DNA of 64,000 nucleotides, taken from NCBI RefSeq assembly GCF_041248615.1, contig NZ_CP158426.1; one strand, given 5' to 3'. Position 1 is the stretch's first letter. The number at the start of each line of letters is the position of its first letter. Below the pieces are notes generated by a model, which was given only the letters and a program-made list of their open reading frames with translations, made no database searches and was not told the DNA's origin. Below, one piece after another: positions 41,096 through 51,574 of this stretch. Source of the DNA: Escherichia coli. GTDB lineage: Bacteria; Pseudomonadota; Gammaproteobacteria; Enterobacterales; Enterobacteriaceae. The position numbers and the translations under genes were made by a program.

Positions 41096-42522
41096 CAGTT
41101 GCCCCCTTTCAGGGTTAACAGGTATTCCGAGGTGATCTCAGTCTCATACGTCAGTCGCTCCAGCGGTGGCGGCGGCGTGTATTTGTAGCTCAGCAACAGG
41201 TGACCGGCTGCCAGTTCCGTCTCCGGATTACGGGCCGGATCAAACCAGCAGTTGAAACCCAGCAGTGCACCATCACTAATCATCTTTCGACCGTAGGCGT
41301 TGACCGACTCCGTCAGTGCATCAATCAGCGCCTGAGTAATCGGCATGTCGATGTACTGCTGACTGAAGTAACGAATGGACTCGTTGATCACATCACCGGT
41401 GCGGCGAACATTCTCAAAGTTACGCATATGGGTGACCGTTGGCCATGCTGCCGTCCGGTTACCACACAGACGAAGGCCGCTGCCATAACTGCTGAATACC
41501 GTGGTGATCCCCTGTTCGTTAAGCAGGTTCACCTCACTCTGTGGGTCATCAATCATCGCGGACAGCTGGCGCTCCACACCGGTGATCCCCAGAATCTCCT
41601 GATTGGAGGACGACCACCAGTAGCCCTTGTCCAGATCGACTCTGGCACGCAGACCTGCTGCACGCTGGCTGAGCGGCTCCAGACGCTCCGTGTTTGTCAC
41701 CGGGTCATATACCTTCACATGCGGATAGCACAGACGGACGCGGTCGGAGCTGGTATTGAAGTTAATGGTGCCTTCCGGGCCACGACCTGCCAGAGCCTGT
41801 GCAAAGGTGGTACCGACAGGCGCATCAATGTAGGTTACCGCTCCCAGCTTCTCTGTCATGGCGATAAGCTCAACTGCTACACTCTTCTGGGTGCAGAACA
41901 CCGGCGCAATCAGAATTTTGGCAAAATAGCCGTACAGGTTGAAGCTGTCGTTAAGCAGCTTCATGCCGGTTCGGTTTCCGGCGCTGTTCACCCCGCCGAT
42001 GATGTCCGCCGCAGTCACCTTCGACGGGTCCGCGTACTCATAGCTCACCTTCACGCTGCCACTGGCCTCAATAGCCTTGCCCAGGTTCGTGAGCACACCC
42101 GTCTGCGCATCAACACGGTAGTCCGTGTTCGCCGTGTGGGTGGTGCTGCCTTCACTGTTTTTCACCACCACATTAGCGACAACCGGATGCGCCAGTCTGG
42201 CCTGCCCTGTCGATTTGTCAAAGGTAACCACTTCACCCTGGATCGCCGTTTTATGTTTCGCCGGGTCGAGGACGTTAATGACCAGAACGGTGCCTGCACC
42301 ATGGTCATAAATCGCATCCAGCGCCTGCGGAATGGTAAAGCCGGTGAACTGGCTGCCAAATGCCGCTGCGTCTTTCTCAGACAGGCACTGTACCAGCGTA
42401 TTGACGTCCCCCATCGGGGCGGTACCAATCAGGCCAATAACGGCAGATTTCACCGTTTTAACCGGGCGGGCTCCGTTTTCCACCTCAATGGTTTCGACGC
42501 CATGCAGATAGTTAGCTGCCAT
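41095..42522 (-). CDS. Contractile tail sheath protein (Mu L-like)
   Basis: 475 aa, sheath family character. Confidence 0.9.
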   Translation of the reverse strand: MAANYLHGVETIEVENGARPVKTVKSAVIGLIGTAPMGDVNTLVQCLSEKDAAAFGSQFTGFTIPQALDAIYDHGAGTVLVINVLDPAKHKTAIQGEVVTFDKSTGQARLAHPVVANVVVKNSEGSTTHTANTDYRVDAQTGVLTNLGKAIEASGSVKVSYEYADPSKVTAADIIGGVNSAGNRTGMKLLNDSFNLYGYFAKILIAPVFCTQKSVAVELIAMTEKLGAVTYIDAPVGTTFAQALAGRGPEGTINFNTSSDRVRLCYPHVKVYDPVTNTERLEPLSQRAAGLRARVDLDKGYWWSSSNQEILGITGVERQLSAMIDDPQSEVNLLNEQGITTVFSSYGSGLRLCGNRTAAWPTVTHMRNFENVRRTGDVINESIRYFSQQYIDMPITQALIDALTESVNAYGRKMISDGALLGFNCWFDPARNPETELAAGHLLLSYKYTPPPPLERLTYETEITSEYLLTLKGGN

Positions 42523-42766
42523 GGGAGTCCTCCGTTTTCACTTCGCTGTCACTGCTGCTTCTGCGCTTTGGTGACTGCACAGCCGGTGCGCCGGCGGGTT
42601 TAGTCTCTTCTGGTACCGGCGTCAGGTGCTTCAGTGCCACCAGTACCTTCACATAGTCATGCTCCTCCGGCAGGGAAACAGTCTTCCCCGGCCAGAGCAG
42701 GATTTCGGTTCCGTCCGACAGCGTGACGCCGCTGGCCGGGCCGGAATAGCGGTATGCTTTCATCAC
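42512..42766 (-). CDS. Small structural protein (Mu gp38-like)
   Basis: 84 aa upstream of sheath. Confidence 0.55.
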   Translation of the reverse strand: MMKAYRYSGPASGVTLSDGTEILLWPGKTVSLPEEHDYVKVLVALKHLTPVPEETKPAGAPAVQSPKRRSSSDSEVKTEDSHGS

Positions 42767-43227
42767 TCGCTTTCCTCATAGTTCACTTCGGTTAACAGCG
42801 GGCCGGACGGTAAATCGCTGTCTTCGATAAAGACGCTTTCAGTCGCGAAGTCGAGGGCGTATTGCCACAGCCCCCTGACTTCACCGATAAACACCTCGCG
42901 GGTCAGCCAGATACGACGGCGGCAGCCGGGCGGGGTGTAGCCACCGAGAATGCGGCGGACAGCATCCAGGACATTAATCGCCCCTTTTTTACCGTTGAGC
43001 TGGCGGAAGACCACCGTGACGCAGAGCTGGATAGTCTGAGGCTGGATCACCGCACCGGTATCATCCGGCCTGTCAAAGCGCGAACCGGCATAGCTCAGCA
43101 GCAACGCGCCAACCGGATGGTTCAGGCGATATTCAGCCGGTTTCTCCGGGAAGTACTCCACCTGCAGTTGCGGCAGCTTCTCGCGTAACCGGGCCAGTAC
43201 CGCATCAAGGACGGGCAGAACGTTCAT
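42763..43227 (-). CDS. Head-tail joining / tail completion protein (Mu gp37-like)
   Basis: 154 aa in conserved position. Confidence 0.6.
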   Translation of the reverse strand: MNVLPVLDAVLARLREKLPQLQVEYFPEKPAEYRLNHPVGALLLSYAGSRFDRPDDTGAVIQPQTIQLCVTVVFRQLNGKKGAINVLDAVRRILGGYTPPGCRRRIWLTREVFIGEVRGLWQYALDFATESVFIEDSDLPSGPLLTEVNYEESE

Positions 43228-43673
43228 CAGTATTTCTCCAGTAAACCGTCACGACCGCCGAAAGTGGCCGGGCGACTGCGTACACGAAACTCTCCTGGTT
43301 CAGGCACATCTTTCTGAGTGGACGGCAGCCCCAGCGTGAGCCTGTTATCACGTAACTCCCTGAGTTGCCGCAGCGCTTCTTTGTGGTCATCCTTCACCGT
43401 ATCCGGGAGGTCACCTTCCGGGCGGCGGGCGTAGAGCCGGTAACGGACCAGCGTGATGGCAATGTCCCGCAGAACGGTCGGTATCTCCGCCAGCGGCAGG
43501 ATATAGCGTCCGCGCAGATGGGCATCAATCAGCTCGTCGGCATAGCGGATACAGCTGTCCACCACACGGGTATTCACTGTTGCAGGCGAGTCGAAGTCCA
43601 TATCTTCACTGGTGAGCTCGATCAGCGTTCGTTCCGGCACCTGCGCAAGCAAATCCTCCAGGGTGCAGTACAT
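43227..43673 (-). CDS. Head-tail connector family protein (Mu gp36-like; ORF track extends to 43835)
   Basis: Start at MYCTLEDLL chosen to avoid overlap with the upstream gene. Confidence 0.55.
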   Translation of the reverse strand: MYCTLEDLLAQVPERTLIELTSEDMDFDSPATVNTRVVDSCIRYADELIDAHLRGRYILPLAEIPTVLRDIAITLVRYRLYARRPEGDLPDTVKDDHKEALRQLRELRDNRLTLGLPSTQKDVPEPGEFRVRSRPATFGGRDGLLEKY

Positions 43674-43674
43674 C

Positions 43675-44010
43675 TCACACCCCGCGCAGGATACGGATGA
43701 TGTCGCCTTCGGCCTTTGCCTCATCCAGTGCAATGCCACAGGATTTACCACTGTCAGCCTGAGGAACAGCCCTTGATTTGGCATCAGACTGTACCAGTGC
43801 CCCTCTGGAAACTGCCGCTCCCGTTTCAACTGCAAGGATCCCAGTCACACTCACCGGGGTCAGATCACCTGCACGGGCATCCACCTGGGCGACACCGACG
43901 GCAACGGCACCCTGCTTACATGCGCCGTTATCTGCTCCCACAAACCTCTGCTGAGTAAGTGCAGTACTGGCTGTGACTGTCATGGTCAGAGTGACCTGCT
44001 GTGTAGTCAT
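43675..44010 (-). CDS. Gly/Ala-rich small capsid-associated protein
   Basis: 111 aa directly after major capsid gene. Confidence 0.55.
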   Translation of the reverse strand: MTTQQVTLTMTVTASTALTQQRFVGADNGACKQGAVAVGVAQVDARAGDLTPVSVTGILAVETGAAVSRGALVQSDAKSRAVPQADSGKSCGIALDEAKAEGDIIRILRGV

Positions 44011-44020
44011 AGACTTCTCC

Positions 44021-44974
44021 TTACTTCACTATATTTGTAACGAGATAACCGGCATCCCCGCCCACGACCGCCACCTTATAGATGTCGGTATAACGGCAGT
44101 ACTTCACCTTTCCGCCCACTCCATCGTATTTATCTGCCACCGGCATCCCCTTACGTCGCAGGGTATACCCGAACGATGGTTCATTTTCGTCGGCACTTTC
44201 GGCACCTTCTCGCGGTGGAGTGACATAGAAGAGCATGAGATTATCTCCCCAGATGTCCACCGGATATTTGTTCCGGTTGCCTGCATCAGTCATGGATGCC
44301 ATGGAAACAGGCTCACCCACAATGACCTTGTCCAGACCAAAAAGCTCCCTGAGGATTTGCGGGGTGATCCGTTTTCTCTCATTAAGTCCCAGAGCAGTGG
44401 TGATGGCTGGATGATATCTCAGCAGGGGCATCACACTGGCTCCCATGACCATCAGATTGGGTCTGACCCCGATCTTACTTCGCACAGCTTCAATGCCTCC
44501 CTCAATGACCTCAACAGGATCACCATGGCCTCCTTCCCAGCGTTCAACAGACGTCATCGTCTTTACCGAAGATGCCGGGTACACTTTTTTGTCCTGCGCA
44601 AGACGGGCAGCAATAAGCTCACGGCGAAGATGAATGCCATTTGTCACCCGCCGGATTGCCTTGGCCTCTTCGTTGAACATTGACTCCGTCTGTTCACGGT
44701 AGTCCACAGGTGCAGCAAGATCGTGCTCATGCAACACCAGATCCAGCGTACTGCTCTTTTCCCTGATCAGAACATTACTGTCTGCCCCCACAGCACGGAC
44801 GGTATCAACTTCCACAAACGCTGATCTCCCGAAAACGGGGACCGTTACCGCTTCTCTGTCCGTATACACAACCGGAAATATATGTTCTCCGATGAAGGCT
44901 GCATTCCTGTAGCCACGCGCGATGCTGGTCATAACAGGATCAACAACGCGTTTACTTTTTAAGTAATCAGACAT
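44021..44974 (-). CDS. Major capsid protein (Mu T-like)
   Basis: 317 aa, follows protease/scaffold gene as in Mu. Confidence 0.85.
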   Translation of the reverse strand: MSDYLKSKRVVDPVMTSIARGYRNAAFIGEHIFPVVYTDREAVTVPVFGRSAFVEVDTVRAVGADSNVLIREKSSTLDLVLHEHDLAAPVDYREQTESMFNEEAKAIRRVTNGIHLRRELIAARLAQDKKVYPASSVKTMTSVERWEGGHGDPVEVIEGGIEAVRSKIGVRPNLMVMGASVMPLLRYHPAITTALGLNERKRITPQILRELFGLDKVIVGEPVSMASMTDAGNRNKYPVDIWGDNLMLFYVTPPREGAESADENEPSFGYTLRRKGMPVADKYDGVGGKVKYCRYTDIYKVAVVGGDAGYLVTNIVK

Positions 44975-44983
44975 GCTTTCTCC

Positions 44984-46099
44984 TTACAGGCAGCGTGTGA
45001 CAGCAGCCTCATAGCTGATGCCTTCTTTTTTCGACAGTTCCACAGCCTTCTGGTGCAGTGCCAGACGGTCAGGGTCGGCTTCTGCAAACTCCGTCACATC
45101 CACTTTCACCGTGTCGCCGACACGCTCCTTCGTGGCCTGTTCGGCGAAGTTCATCACCGGCTCCCCGTCGGAGAGCAGCGAACGGAAGGCGGTGGCCAGC
45201 GGTGTGCGGCTTTCCCCCTCAGCAAACTCCACCGGCTTGTTGCCACCGGCGACGGCATCCAGCAGGGCAACCACCACGGAGGAGGCGCGGGGAGCCAGAC
45301 GGCCCTCTGCGACCAGTTTTTCTGCAAAGGCCACATTGTCCTTATGCAGTTGCTCCTGTCTGACCTGTGCATCACGCGCATCGCGATCAGCAGCCTGCTG
45401 CTTCAGGCGGCGGTTCTCCGCCTGAAGGGCTTCAATCTCTTCTTTTGTCATCGATGATTCCTCGTTACTTGCGGAAGACGGCACCTGGCCTGTCTCACTG
45501 AATTGCGCACCTGCTGCATCCTGCGACGGTGTGTCGCGGTACGCCTCTTCGCGCAGACTGTTGAGCTGCCATTCCGGCAGAACTTTTTCTGCTTCGTCCA
45601 GACTGAAGCGGGCGATCAGAAAATCGCGCAGCTTTCCCCACAGTGAGGCATTCGTGATGGCCTGCCAGTCGGCGAACTCCACCACACCTTCTTCCTGCTC
45701 ACTGAAGGACACCTGTTTCAGCCCTTTGACGGAAGGTGGCTGTGCCCCGAGAAAGCCCACATGGCGCAGGTAGAGCACGCCGGGCTTCGGATTGGACGGT
45801 GAATCCGGGAGGTAGAAAGAGGCAGACACTTTTTTGAATCGTCCGTCGGTGACCATCTCAGCAAACTGCGGGTCCAGCTGGGCAGGCTCTGCCATCAGAT
45901 CGACGCCGCTGAGCGACAGGGCTTTCACCCAGCCCCACGCCGGGTCTTCCGTTCTGGGATGACCAATCACGAGTGGTGCTTCATGGACGGACGGGTCATA
46001 GGCTTTCACGCAGGCGGCAAGATCGTCTGGCGTGAACGGCAGTTTTTTGCCGTGCATATCGGTATGAGTACCGGCTTTAAAAATGTGAATGGCTGACAT
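44984..46099 (-). CDS. Head protease / scaffold protein (Mu I-like)
   Basis: 371 aa; coiled-coil, Ala/Gln-rich C-terminus. Confidence 0.8.
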   Translation of the reverse strand: MSAIHIFKAGTHTDMHGKKLPFTPDDLAACVKAYDPSVHEAPLVIGHPRTEDPAWGWVKALSLSGVDLMAEPAQLDPQFAEMVTDGRFKKVSASFYLPDSPSNPKPGVLYLRHVGFLGAQPPSVKGLKQVSFSEQEEGVVEFADWQAITNASLWGKLRDFLIARFSLDEAEKVLPEWQLNSLREEAYRDTPSQDAAGAQFSETGQVPSSASNEESSMTKEEIEALQAENRRLKQQAADRDARDAQVRQEQLHKDNVAFAEKLVAEGRLAPRASSVVVALLDAVAGGNKPVEFAEGESRTPLATAFRSLLSDGEPVMNFAEQATKERVGDTVKVDVTEFAEADPDRLALHQKAVELSKKEGISYEAAVTRCL

Positions 46100-46313
46100 T
46101 TTGCTGTCCCGCGTTATGTTGTCGGAGACAGTTTGTGAGAAATGCGGGCCCGGCGATTTTAATCTGCTTTAGAAAACATCAGGGGAGAAGGACAGGGAAA
46201 GCAATGTGGTGAACCGGAGGCAGTTATAAAACAGAGGCTGTAAAGCCTTTATAAAGGTAATACAGCCCCTCATTCGCTGGCAATGATAAATCACCCGCCT
46301 GAAGAGAGAAAAC

Positions 46314-46772
46314 TCAGCGACGGGCCGCTGATTCAAGATGGCGGACAATGGTATCGAGGATGGGGATTACCACTTCAGGCTGTAGTTCTCCATCCCCCGT
46401 CACCGGCAGGAACGGGCGGGCCGGAAGTTCAACAGACTCATTACGCCCCGTTTTACCCCCGAACTGGTGAATGGCACCGTAAACAACGTTGGTCCCCACA
46501 ACCGCCTGCCGGTCGTCATGGTCGGTTGATACTGACCCCATCAGACGCCCGGTATCCTGCAGTGTCTGCCCGTCACGTTCTTCCGCTGCCAGCGAGGGCA
46601 TCCACCCCGGACGCCCCTCATCAAGAAAGTTAAACTGTGTTTCCGCCAGCAGGGTTCCGGCGATTTTGCGCATCGCGGGCTCCATGTCTGTGGCAGCCAG
46701 ATCCAGCGCACGGAGGCTCCGGCGCAGGGATTTATCATTAATGGTGATACTGACCAGGTTATCGGAAGCCAT
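46314..46772 (-). CDS. Virion morphogenesis protein (Mu G-like)
   Basis: 152 aa, conserved position after F. Confidence 0.75.
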   Translation of the reverse strand: MASDNLVSITINDKSLRRSLRALDLAATDMEPAMRKIAGTLLAETQFNFLDEGRPGWMPSLAAEERDGQTLQDTGRLMGSVSTDHDDRQAVVGTNVVYGAIHQFGGKTGRNESVELPARPFLPVTGDGELQPEVVIPILDTIVRHLESAARR

Positions 46773-46774
46773 TG

Positions 46775-47596
46775 TTATCCTCTCAGTTCCTGTTGTGCCA
46801 GTGTCTGAAGCGTACCCTGATAGCGGGCCAGGTCGGGACGGTATGCTGCCCCCGGTGCATAAGACCAGCCGACGTCGGTGGTCACCTTCGTGGTGCCGGT
46901 ATTAAAGGTGGCCACGTTCCGCATTTCGCCGGTTTTCTCTGAGACCAGTTTCAGTTCCTGGCCCATGGCAGAGCCGGAGCTGATAACCTTCAGGCCACGG
47001 GCACGTACATCCGCCGCACTCAGGGCAATCACACTACAGCGGCAGCGCCAGCCGTTCGGCGGGTAAAATGCCTGCCAGAACGGGTCATCCCAGCGCAGCA
47101 CCAGACCATGCAGCGCCAGATGGCTCCTGCGGGTATGGCTGTCGTTGATGCCGGTATACATCCAGTACGGCCTGTCGTCGACGTTTTCCATCTGTTCCGC
47201 CCAACGACCGGCGCTGTAGAGTACGGACATATTGGTGCGAAAGATGGTATCGAGCCGCCACGGACTGCCCTGCTGAATGGTGACCGGCTCACCCGTTACC
47301 GGGTCAGTCGTGTCACGTGGTCCCCACCATCCCTTACGCTTCAGCACCGGCTCCAGCTCCTGCCGGAACCAGCGATCGGTTTTTCCTTCATCGACAGCCT
47401 GCTGCAGTGCCCCGCGAATATCTTCCAGGATATCCAGGCGGGTCACTTTAGCAACGGTAAAGGCGCGGGCATGGGCCTCCTGCCACATTTCTTCCTGGTC
47501 CCAGGTAATCTGATATCCTTTGGACTTCAGGTAGTTGATTGCCCGCTTCGGGGGAAGCGTCATGCAGTACGCCAGTTCAGCCGTTGTCACGCTCAT
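46775..47596 (-). CDS. Minor head protein (Mu F-like; ORF track extends to 47623)
   Basis: About 273 aa, F-like character, directly after portal gene. Confidence 0.8.
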   Translation of the reverse strand: MSVTTAELAYCMTLPPKRAINYLKSKGYQITWDQEEMWQEAHARAFTVAKVTRLDILEDIRGALQQAVDEGKTDRWFRQELEPVLKRKGWWGPRDTTDPVTGEPVTIQQGSPWRLDTIFRTNMSVLYSAGRWAEQMENVDDRPYWMYTGINDSHTRRSHLALHGLVLRWDDPFWQAFYPPNGWRCRCSVIALSAADVRARGLKVISSGSAMGQELKLVSEKTGEMRNVATFNTGTTKVTTDVGWSYAPGAAYRPDLARYQGTLQTLAQQELRG

Positions 47597-49073
47597 GCAG
47601 ACGCCCCCAGATATTTGCCACAAAGAGAATGCGGGCCAGCCGCTCCTGCAGATCGTCCGTGTTCATCTGAGGGTAGAGCTCCGCCAGTTCGCCCAGCAGC
47701 TCAGACGGGTTAACCCCATTTTCGACCCGCCTGAACAGAGGTGCCAGGACGGGTTCCAGCGTGCCATTTAACGCGCCTCCGTTCATCAGAATGTCCAGCG
47801 CGTCGTCAAGCTGCTGCTGAGCCTGAATATCAGCATCAATCGCCTCGGCAAATGACAGCGGCAGCATGTTATTCTGGCGTTCCGACGGTGGTGTCTCGTC
47901 AATATCGCCGTCCTGCAGTTGGTACTCACGCTTGAAGTACTGCGGGGTCAGACGCAGACCCGCCCGGGTGAGTTTTTCGTCGCGGGTGGCACGGGTGTCA
48001 TCAATGGCCTCCTGTTCCCACATGGCCCAGACCGGACACGGCACATCGCCGAAGTTCAGGGTGACCACCGTTCTGATGACCTGATTCACTGCCGCCTGAA
48101 TGATGTCCGCATCCGCATCGCGGATATCAGCCGTTACCTCCAGCCCGGCCTGTGCAGAGGCCTTGTTACTGTTCGCTTCCGTGGTCTGATTCTGACCGAG
48201 TAATGCAATGGAGATCTCACTGCGTGACAGTGTGATCAGCTCGCGAAATACCTCGCTGCTGTCCGCCTTGCCATCCGCTGCTTTGAGTTCGATGCTGCTG
48301 TCATCAGGGATGGCGGCCACCGCGTCCTCCACCATCTGCTCCATGGAGTCCAGCAGTTTTTCAATCTCTGCATCATTTGCACCCCTCGGGTGCTTACCGA
48401 TGACCCAGGGGGAGCCAAACTTTTCGGCAAAGCGGAGCCAGAATTTCATCCCGCCTTTCTTGAAGGCGACCGGCCAGAAGCACATGGACAGGTCCGGGAA
48501 ACCGTAAGGATTGTCATACGAGGCATCCTGTGCCGGCACCACGAATTTTGACGGTGACAGCAGCTCACCCTCCACACCCGCATCACGAGCCCGGAAGCGC
48601 AGGCAGTTGTCCGTATCAAACTGAAACCACTCAGGCGGTTTGCCGACAATATCCGTCACCGTCCACGCCCTGACCGAACGGCCCCACATGATTTCACAGG
48701 GCTGATACCCGTAGAGCACGGCATCGCTCATCTCACCGATGATGCGGGACAGATCCAGATCGTCGAGCATGTCGCGGATGAAACGGAAGACCCGGGCAGA
48801 AGCGTGACCGCGCTCCAGTCCACGCTCCAGTGATTTGAGCGCTGCTTTACGTCTGCGGATACAGCCCCCGACCAGCGGGTCGGTGCGCAGTTCGCGGTAG
48901 ATACGGATATCCCGTCCCTGAGCCTTGAGAATGGGATCAGGATTGGGCAGATACATGCCCAGAGCGTAAAAATCAATGGCTCGACTGCGGGAGGCAATCT
49001 GCGCGGTCAGTGATTTTTTGGGTTCGGCGAACGCCACGAACTCATCGGGTGAAACCCAGATGCCTTTTGCCAT
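47577..49073 (-). CDS. Portal protein (Mu H / gp29-like)
   Basis: 498 aa, directly downstream of terminase large subunit. Confidence 0.85.
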   Translation of the reverse strand: MAKGIWVSPDEFVAFAEPKKSLTAQIASRSRAIDFYALGMYLPNPDPILKAQGRDIRIYRELRTDPLVGGCIRRRKAALKSLERGLERGHASARVFRFIRDMLDDLDLSRIIGEMSDAVLYGYQPCEIMWGRSVRAWTVTDIVGKPPEWFQFDTDNCLRFRARDAGVEGELLSPSKFVVPAQDASYDNPYGFPDLSMCFWPVAFKKGGMKFWLRFAEKFGSPWVIGKHPRGANDAEIEKLLDSMEQMVEDAVAAIPDDSSIELKAADGKADSSEVFRELITLSRSEISIALLGQNQTTEANSNKASAQAGLEVTADIRDADADIIQAAVNQVIRTVVTLNFGDVPCPVWAMWEQEAIDDTRATRDEKLTRAGLRLTPQYFKREYQLQDGDIDETPPSERQNNMLPLSFAEAIDADIQAQQQLDDALDILMNGGALNGTLEPVLAPLFRRVENGVNPSELLGELAELYPQMNTDDLQERLARILFVANIWGRLHERDNG

Positions 49074-50389
49074 CAGAATCCCTCCAGCATGCGGGCGGCT
49101 TCACGGCGGCGGCGCGAACGCGCCACTACCGGCCCTGACGGTCCGTCAGTGGCGTTAATAGCCAGAAAACAGGCCCATGTACGGTCGGCGTGACCTGCTG
49201 CATCACTTTCCGCCACAAAGCGAGGCGCTCCGGTAGGTCCGGTGATCTTACGGAGCTTATGCAGATCACTGCGCAGTACCACATCTCCCGCGGGAATACG
49301 CAGGCGGCGGTCCTCAAACATCTCCCTGCCACGGGTCGCGAGGGTGAGCTTGTTCGGGCTGTTAAATATCACCCCCTCCACACGACTCCTGCCGTGGCGC
49401 TCCTGAGCATCTTCCACAGGCTTTTCCCCCATTCCTGTCTGATCCATACAGCAGCGCAGCACGCGATAACGGAAAAATACGTCATCCAGCAAAGCATCCT
49501 GCTCAGCAAAGGTGGCCCGTTTACGGGTGATGATTTCCCGGGTCCAGTAGACATCCCCCACCTGTTCAAGCACCCAGATGACAAACAGGTCATTACGAAC
49601 AGCAATATCCACCCCCACAAAGCAGGGGCCACCCGTATAGTGCACCGGCAGCCCGGCAGCATCGTGCTCCACGCCGTCAATCAGTTCAAACGTCAGCCAG
49701 GCCGATGCCTCATCCAGCCACTTCAGTTCAAACTCCTGTGCCCAGGCGTCATCATCGTTGAGCGCCTGTCGCATCTGTGCAATATCACGCGGAAGGCCGT
49801 CGCGCACGGCACGGTAAATATCCACGATGTGACGTGACCAGACATTTTCAAGGGCGTTGCTGGTCATCAGTTCATAAAACTTGTTTCCCTTGCCGTTCGG
49901 CGTCGATGTCACACGCAGTCTGTAGCCGTTGGAAATGACCGGAAACAGAGCGGTCCAGATTTTGCGACTGTCGGCATGGAAGGCGAACTCATCCAGAAAA
50001 ACGTTAGCCGCAAACCCACGGGCCGTGTCGGCATTGGCCGGCAGGGCCGTGATACGGGAGCCACCGGGTAACTCCACCTCAAGCATGGTATAGCGTTCGC
50101 CACTTTCGGCCCTGTAATAACTCTCCATTTCACGGGCTGCCATCCGGTAGGCGCTGCAGTGTTTTTTCACCCCCTCCACCATGGCTTCTTTTGCCTGGCG
50201 CTCCCCGCGCGAGAGGATCACCCAGCGTGTACGTCCCCCTGAGGCCTCCGTTTCAAAACAGTCATCAACCAGCTCCAGCGTGGTGGTGAACGTCTTGCCC
50301 GTCTGACGGGCAAACATACCAATCTTGAAACGGGCACGATCCAGAAACCACGACTGCTGATAGGGATACAGCTGAATGGCCGCTGTCAT
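49073..50389 (-). CDS. Terminase large subunit (Mu gp28-like)
   Basis: 438 aa, Walker A-like ARQTGKT, nuclease-type C-terminal half. Confidence 0.85.
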   Translation of the reverse strand: MTAAIQLYPYQQSWFLDRARFKIGMFARQTGKTFTTTLELVDDCFETEASGGRTRWVILSRGERQAKEAMVEGVKKHCSAYRMAAREMESYYRAESGERYTMLEVELPGGSRITALPANADTARGFAANVFLDEFAFHADSRKIWTALFPVISNGYRLRVTSTPNGKGNKFYELMTSNALENVWSRHIVDIYRAVRDGLPRDIAQMRQALNDDDAWAQEFELKWLDEASAWLTFELIDGVEHDAAGLPVHYTGGPCFVGVDIAVRNDLFVIWVLEQVGDVYWTREIITRKRATFAEQDALLDDVFFRYRVLRCCMDQTGMGEKPVEDAQERHGRSRVEGVIFNSPNKLTLATRGREMFEDRRLRIPAGDVVLRSDLHKLRKITGPTGAPRFVAESDAAGHADRTWACFLAINATDGPSGPVVARSRRRREAARMLEGF

Positions 50390-50940
50390 GAGATCACCCC
50401 GTAAATCTGTTCCCGCACCATCTTCAGGGTTTCCAGACTCAGGCGGGTGTCGCCGGACTTCGCCTGTTTTTCCAGAGCATTCATCCGTGCCTCAATTTTT
50501 GCCAGCACCTCGGCCCGGAATCGCTTGTGGGTCACCGAAGCACGGACAAGAGTGGCTATGCTTTCCGAAGCAGTGGCCAGCAGTTTTGCGCGTTTTGCAG
50601 GATCATCACTTTCTCCGATTTCCTGCAGACGCATCAGAACATCCAGCATCTCGGTCTGAATCAATGCCATCATCCCGGCAGAACGATCGTCCGCCTCGTC
50701 ACCGGCTTCCTGCGCCATCAGACGCGCGGCCTCGGTGGCGGCGCGGATGCGGGCCAGTTGTCGCTCCATTTTGTACCCGAACCGCTGCAGGGAGGAACGG
50801 GTGATGACGTATCCCTTCTCCTTCAGCAGGGCTTCCAGCCGGGCGTAGCCGCTGAAGTTATTCTCCGTCAGGGCTCGCTCCAGCCAGCGGCGCACCTCTG
50901 TCGGGAGGGTATCAATGCTGCTGCGACGTCCCATAATCAC
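50386..50940 (-). CDS. Terminase small subunit-like protein (Mu gp27-like)
   Basis: 184 aa, helical, immediately upstream of the large subunit. Confidence 0.6.
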   Translation of the reverse strand: MIMGRRSSIDTLPTEVRRWLERALTENNFSGYARLEALLKEKGYVITRSSLQRFGYKMERQLARIRAATEAARLMAQEAGDEADDRSAGMMALIQTEMLDVLMRLQEIGESDDPAKRAKLLATASESIATLVRASVTHKRFRAEVLAKIEARMNALEKQAKSGDTRLSLETLKMVREQIYGVIS

Positions 50941-51248
50941 TCACTCCAGTACTTTTCCGGGCGGGCAATACCCGGGCCGCATTCCACGGTGTATTCCACA
51001 ATATCCACACCAAGGCGACTCAGATCGGCAAACCAGTCACCGGAAGGTCTCTTCTCCAGCTCCACCATTTTGCGATCTGCCAGATAATCAAGCTCCCGGC
51101 GCAGCTCCAGTTGCGTGGTGTCCGGGTAGATGGCGCGGGACACTTCCAGCAGCAACGTCTCGCTGGCGGTGTAAGGGCGGGTTTTGTTAAGGGCAACCAG
51201 CAGACTCCAGCGCAGGGATTCACGGCGTACCCGGGTAATATCGACCAT
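50937..51248 (-). CDS. Hypothetical protein (Mu gp26 position)
   Basis: 103 aa ORF in operon context. Confidence 0.45.
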   Translation of the reverse strand: MVDITRVRRESLRWSLLVALNKTRPYTASETLLLEVSRAIYPDTTQLELRRELDYLADRKMVELEKRPSGDWFADLSRLGVDIVEYTVECGPGIARPEKYWSE

Positions 51249-51574
51249 TATTGACCTCCGGTATTGCGGTACTGCTGTACCACTTCCAGTTTGTTGTAAA
51301 GCGCGTCCAGTTTGGCCTCGATGACTGTCTGGCCACGGATATAATCCTCGCGACGGACATAATTCAGCGGTAAATCCGCTTTAAATCGCATCAATTCTTT
51401 TTCCAGCTCGCCCCAACTGGAGGCGGACTGCTGCAGTGACTGCTCAAGAGAGGCAAAACGTGCAGCCTGACGTTCCTCCGCTTTACTGAACAGCCATTTG
51501 GCCATACCGCCAACAAAGCTCATGAAGGTGATGAGAAAGCCCACCACCGTCCAGAATTCAACCTGCAGTGTCAT
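51248..51574 (-). CDS. Small membrane protein (Mu gp25 position)
   Basis: 108 aa, N-terminal TM helix. Confidence 0.5.
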   Translation of the reverse strand: MTLQVEFWTVVGFLITFMSFVGGMAKWLFSKAEERQAARFASLEQSLQQSASSWGELEKELMRFKADLPLNYVRREDYIRGQTVIEAKLDALYNKLEVVQQYRNTGGQ

